DNA of 64,000 nt from Lama guanicoe (Eukaryota): NCBI GenBank assembly GCA_013239625.1, contig MU053934.1, positions 12,311,413 through 12,375,412 on the forward strand. Reading direction: 5' to 3'. The notes under the pieces were generated by a model. It was not told where the DNA came from. It did not search any database and was given only the letters and a program-made list of their open reading frames with translations. Made by a program: the position numbers and the translations under genes. Every line of letters begins with the position of its first letter. Position 1 is the first letter of the stretch. This document shows, piece by piece, positions 23,801 through 42,267 of this stretch.

Positions 23801-26800
23801 GCTATGGGGACTAGGGAGTGGGGCACACATGGACTGGGGTGGGGGAGATAGGCACAGGAGTGGGGGCAGTGGAGGGGGCATGGACAACAGGAGCCATCTA
23901 GCCTGCCACGCCCTGCCCAGCTCCCAGCCCAGCTCAGCAGCCTCCCCACAGAGCAGCCACCATGGGCTTCCCAGGAAGAAAGAGGGAGGCCGGTGGGCGC
24001 AGCCCAGGAGGCTGGTGCCAGTGTAGGCTGGGGCTCTGGGCAGCTTCTCACCCGTCTGTGTGTAGTGCATCCAATTCAAGATGACCTCGGGTGCCCTGTA
24101 CCACCGGGTCACCACATATCCAGTCATCTCGCTGTCTGCCTGCCTGGCCAAGCCGAAGTCCAGGATCTACAGCCAGAATCAGAAAAGTGGGCCAAAGGGG
24201 CCCCCGGGGAGTGGGTGGGCCAGCTTGTGGTCCAGGGACCCCCAAAGAGGCTGGGCACATCAAGGCCTCCTGCAAACCCTCCCAGAGGACAGTGCACACA
24301 GCCCAACCAAACCTGCCTGCCCACAACCCTTAGGAACAGGCACCCTGGAGGCTCTCCTCCACCTTCTCCTCTACCCCCTCACCCCAGGAAATGGCCAGCA
24401 CCTGTGGGGAGGCCACCTCAGCCCTGCCAGGCTCAGGCCTGGGGAACCAGGCACACTTCTCGCCCTTCACTTCAAGCAGGTCTGGGAGTGTGGCCCATGC
24501 CATGCCCATCAGGTGCCTCCCCAGAGCCCAGCGGCTGCTCAGCCACTGCCCAGATGGCTGGGGTCTGGTCCCTCTGCCTGGGTCTGGGCCAGCCCCCTTC
24601 CAGGTCTGAGCGCCAAGGGCGAGGCAGGCAGATGGCCAGGTGTGAGGTGAACCGAATCCCCAACCCCATACACACCTTCAGCTCACAGTCCTCATTCACT
24701 GCCAGGTTGCCAGGCTTCAGGTCCTGGGGACAGAAGGGAGATGGCTGTGCAGGCCTGCCAACCAGGATTCGAGGGCAAGAGCCCAGGCCACACCTGCAGC
24801 CCTTCCGGAAGGGTGGAGGTGCCCGGCCCCCAGGGCTGAGTGCAGGCAAGTACCCTGTCAGGCTCCTCCCAGGTGAGGAAGGAGGCTCCTGAGGTTGAGC
24901 CCCTCCCAGGCCCACAGTCTGGGAAGCTCCCACCACAACCAGGACTCACCCTGTGGATGATGCCAGCATCGTGGATGTACTGTGGGGACAGCAGAGGGGC
25001 AGCAGTAGTCAGCTCATGGGGACCTCAGAGCCCTGGCCCAGTTTAGGGGCTCCACCCCTCCAGCAGCCCCATACATCCCACCTTCAGCCCCTTCAGCATC
25101 TGGTAGACAAGGAACTGGATCCGGTCCTCGCTCAGCTTCTCGTGCTTCATGAGCTTGCCCAGGTCGGTACCCATGAATGGCATCACCAGGTAACTGCGGG
25201 GACAGGGCAGGCATCCCCGAGGCAACCCGAGTCCACCTCCCACAGTCTCCTTCCACCCCAGCAGCCCCATGATGTAGGGCAGATGGGGACTGTGCTCTGA
25301 GGATTCCCCAAGGATGGCAGGCCATGCTAGGGGCCGGGGCTCCCTGCAGGGGACGGTGGGAGAGGAAGAAAGGAGGGAAGTGGCTGCGGGTGGTGGTGGG
25401 GCAGCCGGACATCTGGGTCAGAAGGGCAGGCTGGGCAGGTGGATGGGGAGAGACAGGGGGAGAGACAGAGGGAGAGAGTCAGCACCCCACCAGGATAGGC
25501 CAGGGTGGGCCCTTGATCCCTGCAAGGTCAAGCAGCAAGGAGCCTGTCCTCCCCAGCCCTTCCCAGGCCCTTGGCCGACACCAGCGTGAGTCCAGGGGTG
25601 GCCGCCTGGGCAACCACAGGGCAGGCTGGCAGGGCAGGACCACCATGGGTCCCCGTCACCCCTCCCCTGCCTGCCAGCAAAGGTCAGCAGCTCCAGTTAC
25701 AGGCCACACACTTAGTGCCACGGACCCGGAGTGCGGGGCCTGCTAACAAACACTCAGACCCAAGGCTCCGCACTAGAGGAGCAGGCCCAGGTCCACCCAG
25801 CTGGACCAGCCCCGTGAGTCCTTGGGGTACGTGGCAGGGGGAGGACTGTGGTGTGCTAAGGGGCAGGCAGTGTGCACCCTAACCCCCATCAAGCTGCAAG
25901 GAGAGGCCCGCCTCAGGCAGTGCCCCTGCCAACCCCAAACCTGAGGCTCACACCCAGGGGCCACCCAACACCGCCTGCCCTGCCGAGCCTGCCCCAGGCC
26001 GGCGCTTACAAGTCTGTGAAAGCATCCAGGGTCTCATCGGGCGTGAAGACATCCAGCAACCCAATCACCTGGGGAGGAGGCCAGAGCGCCAGGTGGGCTG
26101 GGGGCAGCCAGGGGCACAGGGCCGGGCACACCCTGGTTCGGGTAGGAAGGCCCCTGCAGCTGTCCTGGCCTCCCCCCGTCCACAGGGCCTGGCTCTGCCC
26201 GCTGGCAGCTCAACCCAGCCCTGGCACACGTGCCCACAAAGACTATTTTTGGATGGTGACAGCCGGAGTTCTCTGGGGGAGGGGCAGCTCCCAGCCATCC
26301 AAGGAGCTCTAGACCCTTGGCCCTTCCTCCACCTCTTCCTGTCCCCATTGAAGACACAGGACCAGTGTGGTGACAGCCTACTAGGAGAGAGCTGACATCT
26401 GGCAGGTCTTTCCAGGGACCGTGCCTCTGCGAGGGGGGCCCAGGCCGGCAGCACTATGACCAAACCACAGGCAGACCTGGCCCCGCAGACCTCTGGTCAG
26501 GGGGGATGTACAGCAGACAATGTGACGACTGGCAACCGGGGGTCCGGGTGACAGGGCCTCCGGGAAGCCCAGCAGGCCTGCACTTCAGAGTGGCTAGAGG
26601 GGCAGGTGGATGTACTGGCGGGGCACACCTGGCAGAGGCCATGCACGTGGTGGCCTGGAAGGAGGGAGAACACTTAGAGAGTTTGAGGAACACGGGGAGA
26701 GAGGCCAAGTGGCTGAGGACCAGGCCAGGAAGTAGCCAAGGAGAAGCCAAAGGGAACCCGAGAAGGCCCTCGAACACCAGGTGAAGGTTGGCTTTGACCC

Positions 26801-29064
26801 TAAGAGCCACCGAGGAAGGGCTTAAATAGGCATGATGCTGAATGTGTCCCCTGGCTGCTGTGTGAGGACAAACCAGAGCAAGGTAAGCGTGGACATGAGG
26901 TGGAGGGTGAAGGGACAGCTAGGTGACCAATGCAGCCACCAGGGCCAGAGACATGGGCAGGGGAGGGGAACAGAGTGGGGCATCCAGAGGGGGGCATGAA
27001 GGCAGGTGAGGCCTGGGGCATGAGGAGGATGTTTTAGCAAGAATCCCAGAGGTTAAGGGGAAGGTCCATGGGGTTGATGGAGACTTCTAAGCTTCTGGTG
27101 CAGATGGAGGCCTGGAGTAGGGGGAGGGGAGGGAGGAGGCCTAAGCTGGGGCAGAGGAGTAGGACCGGGGCAGATGGTAACTCCTCCACCTACAGCTGCG
27201 CTCAGCCTCTCAGAGCCCATTTCCTCCCAGGAGAATGGGTTTATGAAAAGCAGAGTGTCCCAGCTGTGGAGCGGGGCTGGAGGCAGGAGGGTAGGACCCA
27301 CCAGCACAGTGGGGACGGCCCCAGCACAGGTTGGGGAGTAAGCTCCCGGAGGAGGGGGCTGAGGCAGGTCAGGGATGGGAGGCGACTGAACAGAAGAACT
27401 AGTGACCTTGCTGGACTGGGGTGGGGTGGCAGAGAAGCCGTATGAAGCCTCTGGTAGAGGAATCTACCCTCATACGGACAAGTCCTGGGTGTGACCAGGT
27501 GTGACCCGGAGGTAGCAAGGCCCAGGCTGCGCTGGCGTCCACCATGACACCACAAATGGATTTCACCTGGGAAAGGTCAAGGTTGGAAAAATCAGAGAGA
27601 ATGAAGGACCCATCAGAGGTGGTAAGAGGGTGGACACTGGACAGGGGCTGAGGGGACAAGCTTCATAGGGGACATGAGGACTCATTCTCCCAGGGGGAGA
27701 CCAGTGGCTCTGATGACCCAGGAGGTGCCAGGCCATCTGTTGGGAGCACAATCGGCCATGGTCTGGGTGCCCTGATGAACAGCCCTCAGACTGGGCGACA
27801 GTGGCTCATGTGGGAGGGGGAGAGTTCAGGGCCACAGGAGGACCTACATGGAGGAACGAAGGAAACTCCCCTAGCAGAGAAAAGGGCCCTTTCCGGCAGC
27901 CACGTCCCCCAGAGAGGCCAGTGGGCTGTTCCGTGTCGTGTCCTGTGAGCAGGTCTGGAAACAACATAAGGCCTTTCCCTGGTAGGAGCCAGACCCGCTC
28001 CTCCCCCAGTCTGTGAAACCCACCCCTGTGGATGTGGAGGGTCTGTGTGCCGCCTACTGTGCCCAGTGCCCTCCAGCGCCCTAAATCCCTCCACTGCCAG
28101 AGACCCCAAGGCTCTGAGGCTGCCGAGCTGAGATGCAGACACCCAGTCCATGCCTCCCTCAGTGTTCCCAGGAGCCCCCAGCTCCTAGGGCTGGGGTTCA
28201 GGAGGTAGAGGGGCAGAGTAGGGTCAGGAGTGGGGCTGGAAGGGCTGGAGAAGGGGGACCAGGTGGGCCTGCAGGGGGATGCCCAGAAAGAGGGCTGAGG
28301 CTCAGTGCCCCTTCCAGGAAACTCACTCCTCCCACCCGAGGTCCTCTCACCTCAGGGTTTGGAGTGGGACCTGGAAGATCCCCTCCGTCTGGGCAAGTGG
28401 CCATCCCCTGACCAGGACCTGGGCTGAGGAGCCAGATGTGGCCCCAGGAAGAAGCCAGAGAACTAAGTCCTCCGCAGGGACTGGCCTAAGAGAGGACTAG
28501 CCCCTGGGGAAGCTTCTCTCTCAGGAAGAGCGGGGGCTCTTCCTCCCTACTCTGACACCCCCCAACCCTGTTCATGGGGGACACAGCCCTGACTGCTCAC
28601 CTCTGCCCCCATCACACAGGGGCGCATTCTAGGGTCTGGGTAGTGGGGCCAGGTCTCCTAGGGCAGGCCTTTTGGAGAGGAGGGCGATAAGCAGAGCAAT
28701 GGGCGCGGTGTCCCGGAGCCGAGGGCCCGCGCGACTCACATTCTCGTGGCGCATGTGCTTGAGCAGACGCAGCTCGCGGTAAGCGCGCTTGGCGAACAGC
28801 TCGGACTGGAAGGGCCGGTACAGCTTCTTGATGGCCACCTTGACGCCTGTGCGGCTGTCCACCGCCGAGCTGTGGGGCGCACCGCTTAGCAGGAGGACTG
28901 AGCCACCTCGCCCGGCCACCCCGCCCGGCCTGCGCTCACCATACGGCGCCATAGGCGCCCGAACCGACGGGCTGCAGGTCCTGGTACACGGCGCGCACCT
29001 CCCAGGCGGTCTTGGTCACCTCCTGGCGGTAAAAGCCGCGGCGGGGGGGCGGCTGAGAGCTCAT
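20880..29064 (-). CDS. MAPK12: Mitogen-activated protein kinase 12 (p38-gamma), 12 exons, 367 aa
   Basis: Exons 29064-28940, 28869-28740, 26068-26010, 25193-25082, 24979-24950, 24723-24676, 24166-24052, 23775-23704, 23573-23494, 23426-23348, 23255-23082, 20959-20880; sum 1104 nt. Contains GSGAYG, VAIKK, HRDLKPGN, DFG, the TGY activation loop, a Met gatekeeper (YLVMPFMG) and the C-terminal PDZ ligand KETAL*. Confidence 0.97.
23574..23703 (-). other. U12-type (minor spliceosome) GT-AG intron 8 of MAPK12
   Basis: Donor GTATCCTA. Branch-like CTCCTGAC with its A 12 nt before the end of an AAAG acceptor, and no polypyrimidine tract. Confidence 0.85.
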
Positions 29065-29700
29065 GGTTGGCCCGGCACCGCCCCCGCCGCAGACCCCACG
29101 CCTCGAGGACCCGGGACCTGAGATCCGCCGAACTCCCTGGAGCGCGCCCCGGGCCGCTTCGCGGGCAGAGCCAGCTCCGCGCCGCCCGCCGCCGGGGCGC
29201 CCCCGCTCCCGGCTCTTGCCTCCGGGCTCTCCGAAGCCGCAGACCCCAGCCCTACCCCAGCCCCGGCCCGCGTAGTGCTGGGCCCCTCCCCTACCGGCGG
29301 ACCAACCGGCCCCCGGGCCGCGCGCACGTGACGCCCCCGCCCGTCCTCTGGCCCCTCCGGAAACCCGAGGCGGCCGCCACCGGGGAGGCCGGAGACAGGG
29401 GGGAGGGGACGGAGTGGGGAAGGGAGCTGCGCCCGAAGCTCAGTCCCAGCCTAGACCCGGACGCACCCCCGCCTGCCTCCGCACTCGGGATGAACTCCCC
29501 CGACGGAGCCGAGGTGGGGTGTCTGAACGGGGCCCCGTGGGGCTCGAGTCTCCTCCTTGCAACCATGCCCCTAGGGCGCTGGCTCATCCTGGGCCGCCTG
29601 AGCCTGTCGACTTCCACCCCCAGCCCCAAATCGCTGTCCACCCGCCCCGGCAACTTCCACCCCGCGGCAAACCCCCACCCCTGAGGCACCTGAGCTGAGC
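28700..29700 (-). promoter_or_regulatory. MAPK12 CpG-island promoter
   Basis: CpG-dense over exons 1-2 and upstream. E-box CACGTGAC at 29325-29332 next to a GC box. Confidence 0.78.
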
Positions 29701-31201
29701 GCCCCAACCCCCAGGATGCCCCTGACGCTGGAGCTAACCGGTCCACCCCTCGGTGTGCGTTCCCCAGCACCTGTCTTGCCGCATCCCCCTTTCCAGACAG
29801 AGGTTAATTCTGTCTCCCAAAATCAGGTGGCCTCCCAGGCCAGGAGCAGAGAGGGCGGGTCCTGGAGGTCCCCCTTGTGGGCCTGGTGGATCCCTCCTCA
29901 CCAGACCCCTTCTGCCTGGGGAGCCTGCTTCAGACACTTGCAAGACCCTCGCCTGTCCCACCCCTGCCCTGCCTGGGCCCTCTGGTTTGTTCCTCAGAGC
30001 CCAGCCCAAGCCACTCCACTCTCTTCAAGGTGTGCCTGACCCCAGGAGTGAAGGGGGGACCCTACTGGGGCTCTCCCTGCCCCCCTTACCCCTAGGTGGG
30101 GGCATCGTCCTTTCATGGGTCTGGCCCCATCCCAGACCAGACACTCCTGGAGGACAGAGCCCCCAGCCCCCCACCACCGTGTCCTCCCCAGCCCAGGGAC
30201 CAGGTCGGGGAGGGGGTGGGTAACAAGATCCCCAGGGCCCCTGCCCCGCCCTCTAAGCCCAGCCTGCCAGCCATGAATCAGCAGCTCAGCAGCAGGCCTG
30301 GCCAGAGCAGCTTTACACCTGGGCTGCCACAGCCACCCATGTGCTCAGGACCTGCAGGCTGGTCAGTGGGGGCGGCCTGGGGTCACTGAGCCACAACTGC
30401 CTGTCTTCACGCCCTTCATGCCCTGGGCTGCTTGTGGCACTCCACCTGCCTCCTCCAGGAGGCCCCCAGCTGGCTCCTTACTCCCTGTGGTGGGACCCAG
30501 GGGTCCAGAAGGGTTTGGGTTCTGTATCAGACTGGACCACTAGGTAGGGCATGTCCCAGTTGTGTGCCCACCCCCGACCCACCCCTGGCAGGACTTGGCC
30601 CAGCCTGGGCTCCAGGGGTTCTCCGGGACCTGAGGCCCAGTACTCACGCTGCCCTAGTGTCTGGAGGGCCGACTTCCAGGTGATCTCCACCCCTCAAAGG
30701 CCTAGGGCAAGGACAGCCAAACACCACTACCCTGGGGATGCCCTGCCTGATCCCCTTTGGGGCCCAGGCCCTCCCGGCCTGAGCTGCAGTGAGCAGTAGG
30801 GGCTGGCAGCTCAGCGTGTGTCCCAAGGGCTGAAGCAGCCCTCTTCCCCTTAACCAGGAAGAAAAGGAAATCTCCCCTCACCATCCCTGACCCTGGGGAA
30901 GGGCAGTCCTTTGCTCCTAGACTTCCATGTCCTCCCTGACCACTGAGAGGAGGGGGCAGGTGCAGATCTAGACCAGAGCCCGCCCAATGACCCCCAGCAG
31001 GGCAGCGGGGTTGCTTGTTGGAGTGACATCACACTCTGTCCACCTTGGATCCAAGTGGCTCTCAGGGAGCAGGGAGGATACTGAAGATGGCTGGCTGTCA
31101 GACCAGGGACCCGAGGGACACAGCCACCCCTCCAGGCAGTGGGGGGAGTAGGGCAGCAGGACCTGGAGCCTGAGACACAAGCTGAGTGAGAGGAAACCCC
31201 C

Positions 31202-31207
31202 TTTATT
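31202..31207 (-). terminator. MAPK11 polyadenylation signal AATAAA
   Basis: TTTATT on the plus strand, about 1.2 kb downstream of the stop, followed on the minus strand by a U/GU-rich tract. Confidence 0.75.
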
Positions 31208-32391
31208 GCAAAACCCCGGTGCAGGCACTTATCAGACCTCCCTGGTCCTGTGAGGTGAGAGGTCACCACCTCGGCTACCTGACAGAGAAGCCCCTAGAGG
31301 GAGGACCCACACCCCCAACACATCTCAAGGAGGGTCCTGTCCCAAAGCTGGCAAGGTCAGCTCCACTCTGGAAGGAGGGAAGACAAGAGCCGAACCACAG
31401 ACCAGAGCACCCAGCTCTCGGCTGCAGGGCCAGAGGGTGGGCAGAGGTAGGGTAGACAGAGACTTCTTCATCAGCTTGGGGACAGGGGCCAGGATCCAAG
31501 TCCACGTGGGTGTGTGCGTCCTCAGGGCTGGATCCCCCCATGCCTGCCAGCCCTCTGGCTGGCACGGGACCCTCATGTCTTAGAAACCTGCCGCTGCTCC
31601 CACACCCAAGGAGAAAGGGGTCTTTGTTCACACGGTTGCCCCTGGTGAGTTGCACGGCAGAATCTCAGCAGAGCCCTCCACCCTGGCCCACGTCAGGTAC
31701 CGGGGGAGAAGAAGCAATAGTACAGCCACCCCAACTTTGGCCTCCTGCCCATCATGGCACTGACCCTCAGGTGCCCAAGATTCACATGCCTGCACCTGCC
31801 TTGACACATGAATTCCAGGAGTGCACATGTGTCACATGCAGCACAGGTGAACGCATGACTCCAGGTAGCTGTCCCAGCCCTGCCACCCACAGGGACGATC
31901 CTTTGAGTCCCAGCACTTTCCAGGGGAGCCCCTCACTTCTAGGCTGAGCAGCTGTGACCACCAAGACCCCTCCCTTTTTCTCCAGAAGGCTCTGGCCCCA
32001 ATGCACCACCTGCCAGAGGCAGCCCTCTGGGGCTGAGGAGCTCTGAAAACTGACACAGTCCCAGGGGGAGCTCTCATGGCACCCAGGTCCGCCAGAGTGA
32101 GGTCCCAAAGGAGACCCAGGATGCTGGGAGGGGTAGGAGAACCAAGGGATCCAGGATGCTCTGCCCAGATTCCTACATCCATGGCTCACACACATGCAGG
32201 TGTTCACAGGCGTGCAGACTCCCCATAAGGAGTGGGTGTGGAGACAGGGGGATCCCGGGAGAAGGGTCAGCGCTGCTGGCTGCAGAGGTGTTGGGAGGCA
32301 CCCCTTGTGAGAACCAGGCAGCTGAGGAATGTGGGCAGGCAAGCTCAGGCCCCTCTTGGAGTTGGGAGTGTAGTGGGTGAGCAGCATCTCC

Positions 32392-37701
<5,310 letters not shown>

Positions 37702-39009
37702 GTCCGGAGCGGCCGCAGCTCGGCCCGCGCCCCGCCCCGCGCCCCCCGCCCGGCAGAGCGGGAGCGGGCGGCCGGAGGCGGGGAGGGGCGGGGCCGGGGA
37801 GGGGGCTGCCGCAGACGAGCGCGCGGCTTCCTGCCCCTCCGAGGCGGCGGCCGAGCGGAAACCAGCCTTCCCCGGGCGGTGCGGGCAAGGGGGGAGGCCA
37901 GGGAACGACTTACCGCCCCTCCCGCTTCTACCTCCCGGGGTCCAGGCACTTCCCCAGTATCCGCCGCGTCTGTCCCCCGCGCGGCGCGACGCAGACCAGG
38001 CAGCCACCGCCTGTCAGGACTACGCGCCCCGCACCCTCTCGCAACGGCTCCCGCGCCTGCACCTCACCGCTCCCCACCTCCAGTCCCTGCACACGCCCTC
38101 CGCCTGTTCCGGACCCGCGTTTAACCCCCCTTCGGCCTGCTCGGGTTCGTGCATCCCTCCTCTCCCAACACCTGCACCCCTCCCCCACCTGCACCCCCTC
38201 CCCCAGCATGGTCCCTCAGAAATGAGATAGAATCCTCTAAATGAAAGAAGCCAGGGGCGAACCATGGGGAATAGTTTTAATCAGGACTGAAAATGCCCCC
38301 TAATGAAAGCTGGCATTTGGTTGGATAGGAACCCCTCTGCGGTGGGCAGATGGCGGCGCCTTGGATCCTGGGCCAGCCTGGCTTCCCTCCCCGGTGGAGG
38401 CCTTCCGGTCTTGGTCGTGTGGTTCTCCTGATAAACCCTCTGTGGTCTGATGTCGGCCTCCTGCAGGGCTGGCTCCTGAGCTGGGCCCAGCCCTCAGGAC
38501 CAGGGACAGCGGCGGCATCAGGGGCCGTTGGCGTGTTGTGCCCATAAGAAGCCCTCCCCAAATGGGTCCTCCTCAGTGCCTGGTACCTTTCCTCCTTCTG
38601 AAACAGCCCTTTCAGCTGTCACCCCTTCCAGGAAGCCCTGACTTTCCTAGGTACTGAGGAAGCTGCATAGTTCAAAACCACTCTTCCCCAGGGCGGTGAA
38701 CTCCTCCCAGCACTGCACATTTCCTCTCTCCACCTGTGAAGGTTCACCTCTCACAGGCAGCTTTAACTGTGAAGGGGAATGTTCCCCGTTTCAGCATCTG
38801 TCTAGAGCTCTGGGCCCCAGGGCATCTACTTCTGTTTCCGAGCTTAAAATGACAAGGGCTCAGAGAGCCCATTGCCCCGTAGGTAGCATAGAAATAGCCC
38901 CCTGACCCTCCACCCTGGGGAAACCGTGGGGAGGGGCTGGGCTGCTTCCTCCCAGGAAAGTGGGAAGCCAGGCTGAGTGCCCTACCTTATTAGACCTTCG
39001 ACTTTTTCA

Positions 39010-39125
39010 AAACAAATGAAAACCTGACTTCTCATTTGAAATCTCCTGATTTTCAAATATTAGCGACCAAATTAAAATAAAACACGTCAACGCAGTACTA
39101 GGCAAATAGACACATCTGCCTGCGG
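39010..39125. mobile_element. Probable MER103-like DNA transposon remnant
   Basis: AT-rich island TGAAATCTCCTGATTTTCAAATATTAGCGACCAAATTAAAA...ACACATCTGC resembles the MER103C consensus as I recall it. Confidence 0.45.
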
Positions 39126-42100
39126 AGGAAACCAGAAGGGGGAGGTGCGGGTGGCGGGTAGCCTAGAATAAGAAAGGAAGCAGGGTCCCAATCTCAGCCA
39201 CTCGCATGAGTTCGGCCACGTCCTGAGCCACCCCCGATCTCAGTTTCCTCTCTGGGAGCCGGCGTTGGTCAGCAGTGCCGGATGTCCCCTCCCCCAGTAG
39301 TCGCCCCGCCCGGGCCTCCTCCAGGCTCGCGCTGGGAGCGCCTTTCCCGGCCGTGCGAAGCAGGCCGAGGTTTTGTGTGGAGTTAATGGAGCTTCAGCTA
39401 AAGCAGGGGGAAGAGGCGGGAGGGAGCGCCGGGCCGTGGGAACCGGCCGCGCGCCGGGGGAGGAGCGGCCTTTGTCTGCGCCTTGGCTGGGTGGGACTCG
39501 CTGCGTTTCCATGGCGACTGGCCGCCCTTTCCCCGCATGCCCGCTCCTCTCTCCCACACCGGGGCAGGGGTGTCTGTCTACCCAAGGGAGCCAGCCTCGG
39601 CAGGCCTTCCCCCACGGCTCCCCTGAAATCCCAGCCGTGAGTGGTCAGAGCAGAGCAGAGAAGAGCAGCCTCCGTGCCAGGCACAACCTTCACAGTGTTG
39701 ACCATTAAGCAAACCTGCCCTGGGCACAGGGAAGCCCAGGCAGACAGGTCTCAGCCAGGTTGCCCTCTGGGGTTGAGTGGGTGTAATACTGCAGGGGAGT
39801 AACCGGGAGAGTCAGAGCCTGGCAGGTGGAGCCGGGCAGAGCTTCCAGACAGTCCTGACTTTAGAACAGAAAGGAGGGTGGTGGCCGTGGGTGCAGGGCT
39901 GCGGCTGGCTGGGCAGGGCCACCCACGGGATTTCAGATATTTGTTCTCACTGCGCCGCGCGTTCTCAGTGTCATCTTGCAGGGAGGTGAGGAAGACTGGG
40001 CCAGGAGCACGGGTGGCAGGCCCTGCAGGTGCGAGGATGGGGCACGGATGGCGGTGATGCAGAAGAGCTGCCTATGAGCCCTGAGCCCTGGGCCCCGCCC
40101 CAGCCTCGTCGTTTTCCACTCTCTACTGTGATTGCCTGCCATCCCTAAATACTAAGATCCCACCCTGACTCCATGTCCATTGTCCCTTCTTCAGAGGTCC
40201 AGGCCACCCCCTTTCTGGCCTTGCACTGGCCTCCTGCACTTCTGAGGTCAGAATGAATGCCCTAAAACGCTGTCTGGCTGTGTCACAGGGGCCACGTGAC
40301 CGGGGGTGGTTCATGCTCTTAGCAGGCAAGCAGGGTGTGGTCTTGCACTGTCTTCTGCAACCTGGAAGGAAAGGCCGTCAGGGCCGCCTGCCCCTCTGCC
40401 CCTGCCTTTCCCCAGTCCCACCACTTTGGGAGGAAAATGGGAAGTGGAAACAGAGGGACAGTCACCCCTTGGTTTCTCAGCATTCTGACCACTCAAGGCT
40501 GGCCTGTCCACCCTCTGCACCCAACATCCATGCCCAGTTTCACCCCTTCACTGGTCCTGTGGAAGGACAGCTCCCTGCCCCCATTCACAATCTTGTGCTC
40601 CAAAGGGGGAGGGGACCCCACCTGTTGGACCGGCACCAAGGGGCGGTCTCAGGTCTCACAGACTCTTCCCCATTTTCATGCCTGGCTGCCAGTGGGGAGG
40701 AGGCAGTAGTGGCCTACAGGGGTTCAGACTAGAAACCAGGCCTCCAGCTTCCCACTTATCTTGCCCGCCAGGGACAACACTCCCAGACTGCGCCACCCCG
40801 GTTCTGGTTTTGCAGTTCTTTGTTCAGATTTCCTGACTAGCTGGGCCTCTGTGAAGGGGGAAACCTAGTGTGGGCCATGGCACAGTCTTTTCAGGGGTCC
40901 CTGGGGTGCAGATGTCAGTTGTTGGCCTTGTACCCCTTCCAGGTGTGAGATACTTACTCTTGTTCATTGTGGCTTGAAATTGGCTGCCCCCGTACAGGGT
41001 GACATATGACTGAGGCTGAGCCCACTGAGACAGCCACAGTGGCTTGCCCCAAGTAGAGGAGACACAGGCTGGGGTTGCCTGCCACCAGCAACTCCAATGC
41101 CTGAGAATAAAGCAGAACATGTTGGGAAGCAGGTCACATGAAACCCAGATATGTGAGCACCTGGATCCAGCCATATCTGAAGCTGGGCCTTCACTTCCTT
41201 GTTATGGAGTCGCTAAATCCCTCTTCTGCTAGGGTCAGTATTCTTGGAGCACAAGAGCTCTCTCAGAGAAGGCCATTTCTGCCCCTTTACTGCTGTGTCC
41301 CCAGTGCCCAGGACAAGACATGTTGAATGAACAAGTGACAAGCCCAACACACTCATGTTGCATGTGTGTATGCACATATGTGCTCATGGCACGTGTGCTT
41401 GATGGCCACAGGGTGGCACATCTCTCATGGCTCCTGCCTTGCGTGCAACTTGGGGATTGGGAGCAATCCCCCTCCCCTATTGCTTGACTCTGAGACAGCC
41501 CCCTCCCTCCCACATCACCAAACTTGCCCCTCGCCCTCAGGTACACAACCCTTGGATCCTACTTATGTCCTGAGTCATCCTGGGATGGTTCATGGGACCC
41601 AGGAGGAGCCAACCCTAATGGTCCCACAGCCTTGAGCAGGGAGATACAGGGCCCTCTCACCAGGAGCCACCCATGCCCAGTGGGGGCTACACACAGTAGG
41701 GGCTTACTAAATGTGTGCTAGGTGGACCAAACCTGTGAGGTTCAGGAAGGTCCCTGAGAGCTCAAGTTCCAGAGAGCTCATGCCATGCCCACCCCTGCCA
41801 CCAGGGGCTCCCAGCAGCCCAGCCCAAGAGGAAGGGAAGACAAGGATGCAGCCACCAGATGGCGCCCAAGCTAGCCCAACCTGCCACCAGGCGGGACTGC
41901 CTCCCCGCCCCCTCCAGAACCACTATCTGCTCCAAGATCGCTTTCAGGCCTGGAGCGCCACCCAGCTCCTCCCCAAATCCCAGACCTCACCTCCCAGCCC
42001 TTGACACCACCCTGTTCTTCTGGGGCAGCAGGGCAGGTGTGGACTGAGCTGATGGCTATGAGCAGGCCTGGCCCAGGGAAGTGAGGGACTGTGAGGTGTG

Positions 42101-42261
42101 GGATACAAGGCACACAGGCCCCGAGGGTGAGCTTGTAGGGCAGACAGTGAACAGGAAGGGAGGCCATGAGGACAGGCCCAGGAATGGGGACAAGAGAACA
42201 GGGACAGCAGATCCATAGCCCTAGGAGGAACCCAGCCAACCAGCAGAGTGAAAAAGACAGC

Positions 42262-42267
42262 TGTATT
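42262..42267 (-). terminator. Probable PLXNB2 variant poly(A) signal AATACA
   Basis: Lies in an isolated AT-rich patch about 750 nt past the stop, with two upstream TGTA motifs and a downstream U/GU-rich tract. I saw no AATAAA in this UTR. Confidence 0.6.

Noticed and set aside
38200..42200. Hidden gene between PLXNB2 and MAPK11
   Set aside because: Only short low-complexity ORFs, repeat relics and a small CpG patch (about 39150-39600); no coherent exon chain.
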